A stretch of 64,000 nt of DNA, taken from Chitinophagales bacterium (lineage in GTDB: Bacteria > Bacteroidota > Bacteroidia > Chitinophagales > JADIYW01). The notes beneath the pieces are model-generated. The model was not told where the DNA came from, made no database searches, and saw nothing but the letters and a program-made list of their open reading frames with translations. Below, piece after piece: positions 20,201 to 30,203 of the stretch. The position numbers were made by a program, and so were the translations under genes. The stretch is from NCBI GenBank assembly GCA_046329805.1, contig JAXLUA010000001.1:86542-150541 (forward strand), in the 5' to 3' direction. Every line of letters starts with the position of its first letter. Positions within the stretch are counted from its first letter, which is position 1.

Positions 20201-23200
20201 GGCTTTCCACGTTCTGATTATTTTATAGTTGTTCGGACATTGCTGTGCTTCAATGGCATCCGTTACACTCAATTGAACTTCGCCATTACAGTTGTCTGTG
20301 GCATGCACATTGGCTGTACCCAATTCCGGTACTTCGCTTGCACAACTTACTATTATATCTTGAGGAGTGCCGATGATCTCCGGCTTGGTCGTGTCTTGTA
20401 CCGTTATCGTTTGACGGTGTATCGTTTCATTTCCACAGGTATCTCTGGCGATCCATGTTCTGATGATGCCGCCATTGCCGCTGCATCCGCCCTCCGTGCT
20501 GCGCTCGAAGTACGTTACCGTTGCCATGCCGCAATTATCCGTCGCCGTTAAAGTCGGTATCGGTGGTATTGCTGCACAGTTAACCGTTACGTCTTGCGGT
20601 AGGTCGCCGACAAACGTCGGTTTTATCGTATCGTTTACAGTAATGATCTGACGGCTCGTGCTTTCATTACCACAGGCATCTTTGGCTTTCCACGTTCTGA
20701 TTATTTTATAGTTGTTCGGACATTGCTGTGCTTCAATGGCATCCGTTACACTCAATTGAACTTCGCCATTACAGTTGTCTGTGGCATGCACATTGGCTGT
20801 ACCCAATTCCGGTACTTCGCTTGCACAACTTACTATTATATCTTGAGGAGTGCCGATGATCTCCGGCTTGGTCGTGTCTTGTACCGTTATCGTTTGACGG
20901 TGTATCGTTTCATTTCCACAGGTATCTCTGGCGATCCATGTTCTGATGATGCCGCCATTGCCGCTGCATCCGCCCTCCGTGCTGCGCTCGAAGTACGTTA
21001 CCGTTGCCATGCCGCAATTATCCGTCGCCGTTAAAGTCGGTATCGGTGGTATTGCTGCACAGTTAACCGTTACGTCTTGTGGTAGGTCGCCGACAAACGT
21101 CGGTTTTATCGTATCGTTTACAGTAATGATCTGACGGCTCGTGCTTTCATTACCGCAGGCATCTTTGGCTTTCCACGTTCTGATTATTTTATAGTTGTTC
21201 GGACATTGCTGTGCTTCAATGGCATCCGTTACACTCAATTGAACTTCGCCATTACAGTTGTCTGTGGCATGCACATTGGCTGTACCCAATTCCGGTACTT
21301 CGCTTGCACAACTTACTATTATATCTTGAGGAGTGCCGATGATCTCCGGCTTGGTCGTGTCTTGTACCGTTATCGTTTGACGGTGTATCGTTTCATTTCC
21401 ACAGGTATCTCTGGCGATCCATGTTCTGATGATGCCGCCATTGCCGCTGCATCCGCCCTCCGTGCTGCGCTCGAAGTACGTTACCGTTGCCATGCCGCAA
21501 TTATCCGTCGCCGTTAAAGTCGGTATCGGTGGTATTGCTGCACAGTTAACCGTTACGTCTTGTGGTAGGTCGCCGACAAACGTCGGTTTTATCGTATCGT
21601 TTACAGTAATGATCTGACGGCTCGTGCTTTCATTACCGCAGGCATCTTTGGCTTTCCACGTTCTGATTATTTTATAGTTGTTCGGACATTGCTGTGCTTC
21701 AATGGCATCCGTTACACTCAATTGAACTTCGCCATTACAGTTGTCTGTGGCATGCACATTGGCTGTACCCAATTCCGGTACTTCGCTTGCACAACTTACT
21801 ATTATATCTTGAGGAGTGCCGATGATCTCCGGCTTGGTCGTGTCTTGTACCGTTATCGTTTGACGGTGTATCGTTTCATTTCCACAGGTATCTCTGGCGA
21901 TCCATGTTCTGATGATGCCGCCATTGCCGCTGCATCCGCCCTCCGTGCTGCGCTCGAAGTACGTTACCGTTGCCATGCCGCAATTATCCGTCGCCGTTAA
22001 AGTCGGTATCGGTGGTATTGCTGCACAGTTAACCGTTACGTCTTGCGGTAGGTCGCCGACAAACGTCGGTTTTATCGTATCGTTTACAGTAATGATCTGA
22101 CGGCTCGTGCTTTCATTACCACAGGCATCTTTGGCTTTCCACGTTCTGATTATTTTATAGTTGTTCGGACATTGCTGTGCTTCAATGGCATCCGTTACAC
22201 TCAATTGAACTTCGCCATTACAGTTGTCTGTGGCATGCACATTGGCTGTACCCAATTCCGGTACTTCGCTTGCACAACTTACTATTATATCTTGAGGAGT
22301 GCCGATGATCTCCGGCTTGGTCGTGTCTTGTACCGTTATCGTTTGACGGTAAATAGGGCTTGTTCTACCACATTTATCTGAAAATGTCCAAGTGTTTGTA
22401 TAAGTCCCTTTTATGGGACAAGCTGCTGAAGTAGCAACAAAAGCACCTGAAATTTTTACTACAGCAAGAGCGCACTTATTAATAGCCGGCACTAATGCTT
22501 GAGCTGCAGCTAATGATTGTGCATCGTTACAATTAATTATTCTATCTAAAGCTCCAACTTCGGTAGCCCATGCTACAGGTGGCGGAGTATTTATTTGTAC
22601 TGTATTGGGTTTTCCATCTCCTAAGCCGCAACTTGTTAATGCTTTTGAACTATAGGTAGTTTGAATGTTTTTATTTTTTAAGCCTGAATAAGTTGCTATT
22701 AATTGAGCATCGGTACTATTTACACATGCTGATTCTAAAAAATAGCATTGTGGTTTCACTACCACTTTATAAGAAATATTAATTGCAGTAGCTGCAACAT
22801 CTACTAATCCATCTGCAATTGTAAATTTCAGTTCGCGAGTTATAGTATTATATGAATAAGTTACTCCAGAAGGCAAAGGAGAAATAGGTTGAACTAAATC
22901 TACTTCGGGCGGCAACGTTCTTGAAATAGTAACATTTCGGGCATCGTCATTTCCGACATCTTTGACTGTAAATGTGTAAGAAATTGTATCTCCAGGGTTT
23001 ACTATACTTGGAGAAGCAACTTGTACCAATGGATCTAAATTAGGCGCCCATATATCTGTAGAAAAACCAACCGCATACAATCCATATAATTCTTGGTCAG
23101 AAGTTAATCTAAAAACCGCTGAAGTTTGGTTGTTGGTAATAATACTATTGGAAGTATTATTCAAAGTAAAATAACCGGCATCGAATCCGAGCGTATTTGT

Positions 23201-24169
23201 ACTTGCAGGGTTTCTGTCAATAAAATCACTTCCTTCAACGGTAATTCTACTATTAAAAAAATTATTAGCCGGACGATTGGCAGTTGATAAATCGACAAAA
23301 CTATTAGCTACATTTTTTATTTGAAATCTGTCCCCTGTTAAATCTCTATCTCCTTCCAATGCACCAAACAAAATTCTTGTGCTTATATTTCCTGTTGGTG
23401 GCGTTTGAAACCCGGACATAGTAATATCATAATTATTTTGAGAAGAAGATACGTTAGCATATCCATCAAAAATAGTTATATATTTAGACGGCAAAGTGGT
23501 GCTGCCTGCTGCTGTACTTTCATATACAAAAACTATTTGCCATCCGCCTGAAGTACCTACATTACCAGAAGGATGGGCAGGGTTTAAACTCCCTTTTTTA
23601 GCTCTTACATTTGCCACTTGATATTTACCATAAGGGCTTGTTAATGCTTGAACTTGTGCAGTAATATCTTTAACACAAATATAAGGGTCGTTTTGAAAAT
23701 GATTAGTTTGGCATCTACCACAGAAAATCACATTGTCGGCTGTGATAGTAGTATATGTTGAACTTCCCGGCAACATTAACTTAGCTGTATTATAACTCCA
23801 ACTGGGTTCGTTACTAATAGTTGATTCTTCAAAATCAGCGGCAGCCCAATACAAGTATGCTTTTTTTATAGATACACAAGTAGTATTTGGCACTGGTTTC
23901 GTAAAATTCGCACTACTAGAATTAAATGTTGTTGCATCATTATCAATATCAACAAACACAGTAACACGATTATGATTTCCTTCATTACCTGTATAATTAC
24001 CGGTAGCAGTTGTTGATAAAACATTATTCCCAATTGATACAAAATCACCATTAAGGCGTGCAGAAAATCGAGGAGTGAAAGGTGTCATTAACTGTGTGAA
24101 ACCTGCGTTATGTATTAATAACAATATAGCTGTGCATATTATTATTTTTATTACTCTACTATATCTCAT
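17294..24169 (-). CDS. giant T9SS cargo adhesin with HYR-like Ig repeats and gliding-motility-associated (type B) C-terminal domain
   Basis: 2291-aa ORF with a signal peptide. It has eight copies of the module ...CPNNYKIIRTWKAKDACGNESTSRQIITVND.... The C-terminus (VITPNNDGFNDNL...GTYWYSIDY) matches the CHU_C/type-B T9SS CTD pattern. Confidence 0.9.
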   Translation of the reverse strand: MRYSRVIKIIICTAILLLIHNAGFTQLMTPFTPRFSARLNGDFVSIGNNVLSTTATGNYTGNEGNHNRVTVFVDIDNDATTFNSSSANFTKPVPNTTCVSIKKAYLYWAAADFEESTISNEPSWSYNTAKLMLPGSSTYTTITADNVIFCGRCQTNHFQNDPYICVKDITAQVQALTSPYGKYQVANVRAKKGSLNPAHPSGNVGTSGGWQIVFVYESTAAGSTTLPSKYITIFDGYANVSSSQNNYDITMSGFQTPPTGNISTRILFGALEGDRDLTGDRFQIKNVANSFVDLSTANRPANNFFNSRITVEGSDFIDRNPASTNTLGFDAGYFTLNNTSNSIITNNQTSAVFRLTSDQELYGLYAVGFSTDIWAPNLDPLVQVASPSIVNPGDTISYTFTVKDVGNDDARNVTISRTLPPEVDLVQPISPLPSGVTYSYNTITRELKFTIADGLVDVAATAINISYKVVVKPQCYFLESACVNSTDAQLIATYSGLKNKNIQTTYSSKALTSCGLGDGKPNTVQINTPPPVAWATEVGALDRIINCNDAQSLAAAQALVPAINKCALAVVKISGAFVATSAACPIKGTYTNTWTFSDKCGRTSPIYRQTITVQDTTKPEIIGTPQDIIVSCASEVPELGTANVHATDNCNGEVQLSVTDAIEAQQCPNNYKIIRTWKAKDACGNESTSRQIITVNDTIKPTFVGDLPQDVTVNCAAIPPIPTLTATDNCGMATVTYFERSTEGGCSGNGGIIRTWIARDTCGNETIHRQTITVQDTTKPEIIGTPQDIIVSCASEVPELGTANVHATDNCNGEVQLSVTDAIEAQQCPNNYKIIRTWKAKDACGNESTSRQIITVNDTIKPTFVGDLPQDVTVNCAAIPPIPTLTATDNCGMATVTYFERSTEGGCSGNGGIIRTWIARDTCGNETIHRQTITVQDTTKPEIIGTPQDIIVSCASEVPELGTANVHATDNCNGEVQLSVTDAIEAQQCPNNYKIIRTWKAKDACGNESTSRQIITVNDTIKPTFVGDLPQDVTVNCAAIPPIPTLTATDNCGMATVTYFERSTEGGCSGNGGIIRTWIARDTCGNETIHRQTITVQDTTKPEIIGTPQDIIVSCASEVPELGTANVHATDNCNGEVQLSVTDAIEAQQCPNNYKIIRTWKAKDACGNESTSRQIITVNDTIKPTFVGDLPQDVTVNCAAIPPIPTLTATDNCGMATVTYFERSTEGGCSGNGGIIRTWIARDTCGNETIHRQTITVQDTTKPEIIGTPQDIIVSCASEVPELGTANVHATDNCNGEVQLSVTDAIEAQQCPNNYKIIRTWKAKDACGNESTSRQIITVNDTIKPTFVGDLPQDVTVNCAAIPPIPTLTATDNCGMATVTYFERSTEGGCSGNGGIIRTWIARDTCGNETIHRQTITVQDTTKPEIIGTPQDIIVSCASEVPELGTANVHATDNCNGEVQLSVTDAIEAQQCPNNYKIIRTWKAKDACGNESTSRQIITVNDTIKPTFVGDLPQDVTVNCAAIPPIPTLTATDNCGMATVTYFERSTEGGCSGNGGIIRTWIARDTCGNETIHRQTITVQDTTKPEIIGTPQDIIVSCASEVPELGTANVHATDNCNGEVQLSVTDAIEAQQCPNNYKIIRTWKAKDACGNESTSRQIITVNDTIKPTFVGDLPQDVTVNCAAIPPIPTLTATDNCGMATVTYFERSTEGGCSGNGGIIRTWIARDTCGNETIHRQTITVQDTTKPEIIGTPQDIIVSCASEVPELGTANVHATDNCNGEVQLSVTDAIEAQQCPNNYKIIRTWKAKDACGNESTSRQIITVNDTIKPTFVGDLPQDSIVCGNISAPAILTAIDNCGTAEVSFVEVIDSVLNAPYITYTRVWVASDACQNITKHQQTILKSPTKTSSIMADVCEGNSIKIGEGSYSETGVYVITLEAQNGCDSIVTLYLTKHLAKRTTMDTVICDGERIVIGEHVFTTSVSNEEIVLPASDVCDSIVTLNLRVIICDTIPIGIDTLIYDTIPVLTSDTICTISLPPGDGVIVASCYGDSTHGTLPHGTWTLNAQTHCLEYTAGTYTGNDTICISACDPSTRQCNTTTIVIIITGVPPIASDDCVQEIQHNSETTINVLENDVDPDHDRLYISAITTQPKYGIASIVGGEGQNLILYTPNKNFCGRDTLYYEVCDGEDGCDTAMVCLHVNCECVFPQVITPNNDGFNDNLLFPCLSRTAGVKLLVWHRWGLIVYEDDNYKNDWQGTFKGGILPSGTYWYSIDYEEPETGKQIHEVNYFMIIN
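18661..22350 (-). repeat. ~7.6 tandem copies of a near-identical 483-bp (161-aa) coding repeat
   Basis: Antisense shadow ORFs recur at an exact 483-bp period (19274, 19757, ... 22172). Direct comparison of the sequence lines shows only a few SNPs between copies. Confidence 0.95.
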
Positions 24170-24201
24170 AAAATTAGTTTATGGTTTAAAAATTAAATAC
24201 G

Positions 24202-24714
24202 CTATCTAAAATCAGCCGGATTGGGAATAAAAGACTCAATTATTATAGTATTAGAATAATACTTTTTACTGCCATTATCCATAGCCTTCACTTCTGTACA
24301 ATTATTTCGATTCAAGACATTAGGAGGATTTTGCAGCTTAAGATAAAACTCATGGTGATTATTTGGTGGTAGCATAAAGTCCAACAGGGTAGTTGCATCA
24401 AGTTCTTTGTCCGAACTCGTGTATAATTTCTGTACTACATCAACATTTTCTAAACGATTCTGCGTATTTGGATTTATATCGCATTGTACATTAGAAGCTC
24501 GTACAACTACATGCAATTGTTCTGATGTTAGGTTTAATGCCTTCAACAAATAAATGTGTTCATTACTTGTTAATGACTGTTCGCTCGTTTTTAAAACAGA
24601 CAATTCTATAGCCGTATGTTCGACCAATGGTTTTAAGGTAAATGATTGTGCAAAGACATTTGCAGAAAATTGCAAAAAACAAAAGCACATAGCAGTTAAA
24701 AAAGAATTTCTCAT
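24202..24714 (-). CDS. hypothetical secreted protein, first gene of the adhesin operon
   Basis: The start was chosen at MRNSFLTAMCFCFLQFSANVFAQS (signal peptide). The gene ends 32 bp before the adhesin start, on the same strand. Confidence 0.5.
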   Translation of the reverse strand: MRNSFLTAMCFCFLQFSANVFAQSFTLKPLVEHTAIELSVLKTSEQSLTSNEHIYLLKALNLTSEQLHVVVRASNVQCDINPNTQNRLENVDVVQKLYTSSDKELDATTLLDFMLPPNNHHEFYLKLQNPPNVLNRNNCTEVKAMDNGSKKYYSNTIIIESFIPNPADFR

Positions 24715-25313
24715 AGTATTGGTTTTAAATAATAATAATAATCTATAAACGCTTTGCATACTCTACGTGATGTAGTATTACATTTACATTCTTATACAAC
24801 TAAAACAGGGTAATATATTTTAGAAAATCAGAGTTATATTATATACCATAACTCTGCCTACTAAAAAACAAGCAAGAGTTTGGAAGTCGCTATTTGTATA
24901 GCGCATTTACATTTACGACATGAACAAATTAAAATAGCTGCAAGCGAAAACCATCTGCAACGCTATTCAATTTTTAACTGTAGTAATTAAAAAATGGGAT
25001 TGATAATTTGTTTTTCATAGTTAATATTTAGTTTATGGTTTATGGTTTTTACATAAAAAATGAATTAACATCTTTTATGAATAGTAATTAATAAAATTTG
25101 GGGTAAATGCTTCTAAATGGAGGGTATCTATTCTCTTTTCAACAGATAAAGTAAATTTATAATACATTTTTGAAAAGCGCAACTATTTTTTTTTAAAATG
25201 TAAAAAAATATTAAAATTGGTACCGTTTTTAAATTGCAGAAAAGAAAAAATACAGTTGTAATTTTTAACTTTGAATAGTACATTTACCAATATCACCTTT
25301 TCGGAATTTACAC

Positions 25314-25802
25314 ATGAAGAAGTTAATTTTAGTATTGTTTATCGGCATTTGTTCTATCCATTTTTCTATAGCTAAAGACAAAAACATTACATTCCCTATT
25401 TTTAGTTTATTGAAAATGGATAGCACTTCATATTTAACCAACATTGATTTATCAAACGGGAAAAACACCGTATTTATTAACTTTAGCCCAACTTGCGACC
25501 ATTGCGAACGCACTATAAAAAGTATTTTGAGTAATATTTCTAAATTTACTTCTACGCAATTTATACTTACCTCTTTCGAGGATTTTACGTCTATACGGAA
25601 ATTTTACTTTGAGAATGGTATCGGTTCCTTTACTAATGTTTTTGTAGTACAAGAAACAGACTACAGCCTTACAAGGCAATTAAAATATTCCAGTTTTCCA
25701 TGCTTAGTTTTATTTGATAAGGAAAAAAATTACCTCAAAACAATTGATGAAGAAACCAATGCAAGAGCATTACTAAAAGCCTTGAAAATAAAAAGCAAAT
25801 AA
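25314..25802 (+). CDS. thioredoxin-fold (TlpA/ResA-like) protein
   Basis: Signal peptide plus a CxxC motif in the usual context (VFINFSPTCDHCE). 162 aa. Confidence 0.6.
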   Translation: MKKLILVLFIGICSIHFSIAKDKNITFPIFSLLKMDSTSYLTNIDLSNGKNTVFINFSPTCDHCERTIKSILSNISKFTSTQFILTSFEDFTSIRKFYFENGIGSFTNVFVVQETDYSLTRQLKYSSFPCLVLFDKEKNYLKTIDEETNARALLKALKIKSK

Positions 25803-25803
25803 A

Positions 25804-27111
25804 TTAATGCACCAATTTATTGCTTAATTTTTTCAATTCTATTTCTGCAATTTTTGCATTATAGCGCGCTAAAATCACATTATAAAGGGCATCTTCCAGG
25901 CTACTTTGCGCAGTACGAATATCTAATGAATTGGATTCATTTAACCGAAAGCGTTCTAAGGTTATTTCTACATTTTCTCGGGCTGCTTGTACAGTTTCTT
26001 CATTCAGTTGAAGTACTTTTTTAGCATAATCAAAATTTTGGTATGCCGACAACACTTGTGCATCTAAATTATTTTTCACTTGGGCTAACTGCACTTCTTG
26101 ACTGGCAATATTTACTGCTGATGCTTCTAATTGCTTTTTCACCATACCACCATTAAAAATCGGAATGATTGCATTTAAACCAAAGGTAGGACCATACGAG
26201 CGGTTAAACAATTGCAACCCTGCTTTGCTATTATTTTGTGTAAAAGTATATCCGGAAGTAACGTTAATGGAAGGCATTCGTTGTGCATTTATTTCTTTGT
26301 GTTGAAACTTTGCAATATCAATATTTTTTAAGGCAGATTGTACTAAGTAATTATTCGCAACAGACGAATCTTTTATGTTCTCCCATTCAGGAAGTACATC
26401 AACAGTTATTGTATCGACGACGGAAAAATCTGTATTTGCAGCTCTTCCCATTAAGTTATTTAATAGAATTTTCTTTTGCTGCAAAATTGTTTGTTGCTGA
26501 AGAATATTTATTTTCTGTGTTGAAAAATCTACTTTGGCTTGTAATAGCGGTGTTTTATCACTGTAGCCGACGTCTAATTTTTTTTGAGACAGCGCCACTC
26601 GTTCTTCTGAAATTTTTGCTGTTTCTTGCAATGCTTTTATTTGTTGTATTTGTCTGGATATATCATAATATGCTTCTAATACTTGAGCTACTGTGTTTTG
26701 TATTTGATTTTTTAATTGTATATCGCCTAATGATTGTAATGCGGCTAATCTATCTTTTGTAGCAAACATTCTCATTCCATCAAAAATAGTCCAATTCATA
26801 TTTAAACCGGCATTGAAACTATTTATAGGTACCCAATTTTTATTTACGGTTTGTCCTGTGGTAAATTTCTGATTTACGTTACTTAAATTAAATACGTCGC
26901 CGGTGGAAATATTAATTTTCGGGAACATTCCGGCGGTAGCTTTATTATTATTTATTTTAGCAATATCTGCATCATTTTTTGCAAGCACAATATCGAAGTT
27001 TTTATTTAATGCATAAGACACTGCATCTTCCGGTGTTAATAATTCTTGTGCATTTAACATTACAGCCACGAAAATCATAGCTATAAAAATTCCTATTTTA
27101 TATTTTTTCAT
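25804..27111 (-). CDS. TolC-family outer membrane efflux protein
   Basis: 435 aa with a signal peptide and two repeated OEP-type coiled-coil halves. It is the last gene of the tetR-MFP-RND-OMF operon. Confidence 0.85.
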   Translation of the reverse strand: MKKYKIGIFIAMIFVAVMLNAQELLTPEDAVSYALNKNFDIVLAKNDADIAKINNNKATAGMFPKINISTGDVFNLSNVNQKFTTGQTVNKNWVPINSFNAGLNMNWTIFDGMRMFATKDRLAALQSLGDIQLKNQIQNTVAQVLEAYYDISRQIQQIKALQETAKISEERVALSQKKLDVGYSDKTPLLQAKVDFSTQKINILQQQTILQQKKILLNNLMGRAANTDFSVVDTITVDVLPEWENIKDSSVANNYLVQSALKNIDIAKFQHKEINAQRMPSINVTSGYTFTQNNSKAGLQLFNRSYGPTFGLNAIIPIFNGGMVKKQLEASAVNIASQEVQLAQVKNNLDAQVLSAYQNFDYAKKVLQLNEETVQAARENVEITLERFRLNESNSLDIRTAQSSLEDALYNVILARYNAKIAEIELKKLSNKLVH

Positions 27112-27112
27112 T

Positions 27113-30100
27113 TTATTGTGCTGTTTGAGGTTTGGTAGTGGACATTAAAGAATACATTGCCGGAATTACAAATAACGTAAGAACTAAGGAAAACAGTATT
27201 CCTCCGATAATAACAATACCTAACGATACGCGGCTGGTTGCGCCGGCTCCGAATGCGGCGGCTATTGGCACTGCGCCTAACGCCATTGCCAAGCTGGTCA
27301 TTAAAATAGGACGCAAGCGCATTGATGATGCATAGATAGCGGCTTCTATTTTGCTCATTCCCTCTCGCCGTTTATGGTTGGCAAATTCTACAATTAAAAT
27401 ACCATTTTTTGTCACCAAACCGATTAGCATAATCATCCCAATTTGGCTGAAGATATTTAAAGTTTGATCAAAAATCCATAGAGATAATAATGCGCCGGCT
27501 AATGCCAAAGGTACAGTAATCATTATAATAAATGGGTCAATAAAACTTTCAAATTGAGCTGCCAATACTAAATAAATTAATACTAAAGCAAGTATCAAAG
27601 CAAACATGGTATTAGAGGAACTCTCTGCAAAATCTCGTGAAGAGCCTGCTAAAGATGTCGTAAATGAATCGTCTAAAATCTCTTTAGCAATTCGTTGCAT
27701 TTCTTTTATACCATCACCAATTGTTTTTCCGGGAGCCAATCCCGAAGAAATAGTTGCCGATTTATATCTATCGTAGTGGTATAATTGAGGCGGTTTTGCC
27801 ATTTCCTCTAAAGAAATTACATTATCTAAAGAAACTAATTTCCCTTGATTGTTTCGAACATAAACATCTCGTAAATCACTTGGTTTATTCCGTTCTTGAT
27901 ATAAACTTTGTCCTATAATTTGATATTGTTTTCCATCTCGTAAAAAATAACCGAAGCGCCTTCCACTCAAAGTAAATTGCAGCGTTTGAGCAATATCTTG
28001 TACGGAAACACCTAATGTATTGGCTTTATCTTTATCAATTCTAATATCTACTTCAGGTTTATTGAATTTCAAATTTACATCATACCCAACAAATACAGGG
28101 CTTTTGGATACTTCTTCCATAAATTTGGGTATTGTATGTTGTAATTTATCAAAATCAAAATTTTGTATTACGAATTGGATAGGCATACCAAATTTACTTG
28201 CCCCCACGGAGATAGTTTGTTCTTGTATTACAAAAGCTTTCCCTAAATTAAATTTTGAAAAATTCTTTCCTAAATACTGTGCAATGTCATCTTGTGAGCG
28301 TGTTCGTTCTGTTTTATCTTTCAAAGCAATACGCATAAATGCGGTGTTAGCTGCACCGGATCCAATAAATCCGGGTGACGTAACGCTTAGCGAAATTCGC
28401 TGCTCGGGTACTGAGTCCATAATAAATTGCGTCACTCTATCGGTATAGTCTTGCATGGCAGGATATGCGGTACCTTCGGGTGCCGTAAGGGAAACTCTAA
28501 GTAATCCGCGGTCTTCCATTGGAGCCAACTCTGATTGTAAACTTTTACCAATAATAAAAATTAATAAAAAACAAATGCCGATTATTGCTAATGACACCCA
28601 TCTTATTTTCATAAAAGAGGCAACCATTTCTTTATAGCCTTCTTCCATGCCGTTAAAGAATGGTTCTGTTTTTTCGTAAAACCACGAGTTGGAATGTACT
28701 TTTTTTCCTAACCATACATTTAACACCGGAGTTAGCGTTAAGGATACAAATGCAGAAATAAGAACTGCGCCGGCGACTACAATTCCAAATTCTTTAAATA
28801 AACTTCCTACAAATCCCTGCATAAAAATGATAGGTAAAAACACAATAGCAAGTGTAATGGAAGTAGCTACAACGGCAAAGAAAATTTCTTCAGAACCCTC
28901 GCGAGCTGCTTGCATTTTAGGCATCCCTAATTCTAATTTTTTAAAGATGTTTTCGGTCACAACAATACCATCGTCCACTACTAATCCGGTAGCTAATACA
29001 ATGGCTAAAAGTGTAAGTACGTTAATGGTAAACCCGAAAATATACATAATAAAAAATGCGCCGATTAAAGAAACAGGAATATCAAACAATGGGCGTAATG
29101 CGAAAATCCAATCTCTAAAAAACAAATAGATAATCAAAACTACAAGTGCAATAGCGATGAGTAGTGTCTCTTTTACTTCCGACACAGAATTTTTAATAAA
29201 AACGGTGTTATCCATTGCTATATCCAATTGGATATCTTTGGGTACTTCTTTTTTAATTTTATCTAATCGTTTATAAAATTCATTGGCAATTTCAATATAG
29301 TTTGCGCCGGGTTGTGGCACCAATGCCAATGCAATCATATTTACTCCTTTTTCTTTTAAACTTGTTTCATAATTATCCGGCCCAAGCACCGCATAACCTA
29401 CATCTTTCAGGCGCACTATCTGCCCTCCGTCATCTTTAATAATTAAGTTATTGTACTCTTCTTCCGTATTTATACGTCCTTGCGTATTTACGGTAAGTTC
29501 GGTATTTCTACCTGCCAATTTTCCCGAAGGCAATTCTACATTTGTTGTATTTAGTGCGTTTTGTACATCAATAGCGGTTAAATTATAAGCTGCTAATTTC
29601 TGTGGGTCGAACCACATCCGCATTGCATAATTTTTTTGTCCCCAAATCTGAATGCTACTTACGCCCGGAATAGTTTGCATTCGTTGCTGCAATACATTCA
29701 CGGCATAATCATTCAGTTGTAAAATCCCCTTGGTATCGCTTTTTACCGTCATAGAAATAATAGCATCTGAATTTGCATCTGCTTTTGAAACAACCGGAGG
29801 TGCGTCAATATCTTGTGGCAATAAGCGTACAGCTTGCGCTACTTTATCTCGCACATCATTGGCTGCTGTTTCTAAGTCTGCGGATAAATCAAACTCTACG
29901 GTAATATTAGAAGACCCCTGATTACTTGCTGACGAGATAGTGCGAATACCTTGCACGCCATTAATGGCATTTTCCAATGGCTCCGTAACCTGAGATTCTA
30001 TGATATCTGCATTAGCTCCGGTATATACTGTTCTTACGTTAATTACAGGTGGATCGATGGATGGATACTCGCGAACGCCCAAAAATGTATAGCCAATTAC

Positions 30101-30175
30101 ACCGAATAAAATAATTATGATGTTCAAGACGACAGCAAAAATCGGGCGGCGCAAACTGAGTGATGGTAATCCCAT
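27113..30175 (-). CDS. RND efflux transporter permease (AcrB/HAE1 type)
   Basis: 1020 aa. Typical N-terminus (LSLRRPIFAVVLNIIIILFG...REYPSIDPPVI), 12-TM architecture, and conserved VVDDGIVVTENI. Confidence 0.95.
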   Translation of the reverse strand: MGLPSLSLRRPIFAVVLNIIIILFGVIGYTFLGVREYPSIDPPVINVRTVYTGANADIIESQVTEPLENAINGVQGIRTISSASNQGSSNITVEFDLSADLETAANDVRDKVAQAVRLLPQDIDAPPVVSKADANSDAIISMTVKSDTKGILQLNDYAVNVLQQRMQTIPGVSSIQIWGQKNYAMRMWFDPQKLAAYNLTAIDVQNALNTTNVELPSGKLAGRNTELTVNTQGRINTEEEYNNLIIKDDGGQIVRLKDVGYAVLGPDNYETSLKEKGVNMIALALVPQPGANYIEIANEFYKRLDKIKKEVPKDIQLDIAMDNTVFIKNSVSEVKETLLIAIALVVLIIYLFFRDWIFALRPLFDIPVSLIGAFFIMYIFGFTINVLTLLAIVLATGLVVDDGIVVTENIFKKLELGMPKMQAAREGSEEIFFAVVATSITLAIVFLPIIFMQGFVGSLFKEFGIVVAGAVLISAFVSLTLTPVLNVWLGKKVHSNSWFYEKTEPFFNGMEEGYKEMVASFMKIRWVSLAIIGICFLLIFIIGKSLQSELAPMEDRGLLRVSLTAPEGTAYPAMQDYTDRVTQFIMDSVPEQRISLSVTSPGFIGSGAANTAFMRIALKDKTERTRSQDDIAQYLGKNFSKFNLGKAFVIQEQTISVGASKFGMPIQFVIQNFDFDKLQHTIPKFMEEVSKSPVFVGYDVNLKFNKPEVDIRIDKDKANTLGVSVQDIAQTLQFTLSGRRFGYFLRDGKQYQIIGQSLYQERNKPSDLRDVYVRNNQGKLVSLDNVISLEEMAKPPQLYHYDRYKSATISSGLAPGKTIGDGIKEMQRIAKEILDDSFTTSLAGSSRDFAESSSNTMFALILALVLIYLVLAAQFESFIDPFIIMITVPLALAGALLSLWIFDQTLNIFSQIGMIMLIGLVTKNGILIVEFANHKRREGMSKIEAAIYASSMRLRPILMTSLAMALGAVPIAAAFGAGATSRVSLGIVIIGGILFSLVLTLFVIPAMYSLMSTTKPQTAQ

Positions 30176-30203
30176 TATAGTATTGTATTAAGCGTTTAAA
30201 AAA

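Noticed and set aside
18498-22381. Series of plus-strand ORFs of 103 aa and 62 aa recurring every 483 bp (19274, 19497, 19757, ...).
   Set aside because: They are antisense shadows of the tandem repeat inside the 2291-aa minus-strand adhesin gene. Their periodicity simply mirrors the repeat, and they have no independent coding signal.
24715-25313. ~600-bp AT-rich gap upstream of the adhesin operon, scanned for ncRNA, a small ORF or a mobile remnant. Short hairpins include gagttat/ataactc near 24830 and cgctat/atagcg near 24888.
   Set aside because: Only short, low-information hairpins and tiny ORFs were found. It is most simply a promoter/regulatory spacer between divergent genes, and I could support nothing more specific.
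26283-29921. Several 60-159-aa plus-strand ORFs inside the TolC and RND pump genes (26283-26762, 28020-28448, 28689-29129 and others).
   Set aside because: They are antisense to long, motif-rich efflux genes, and their hydrophobic translations are typical of the reverse frames of membrane-protein genes.
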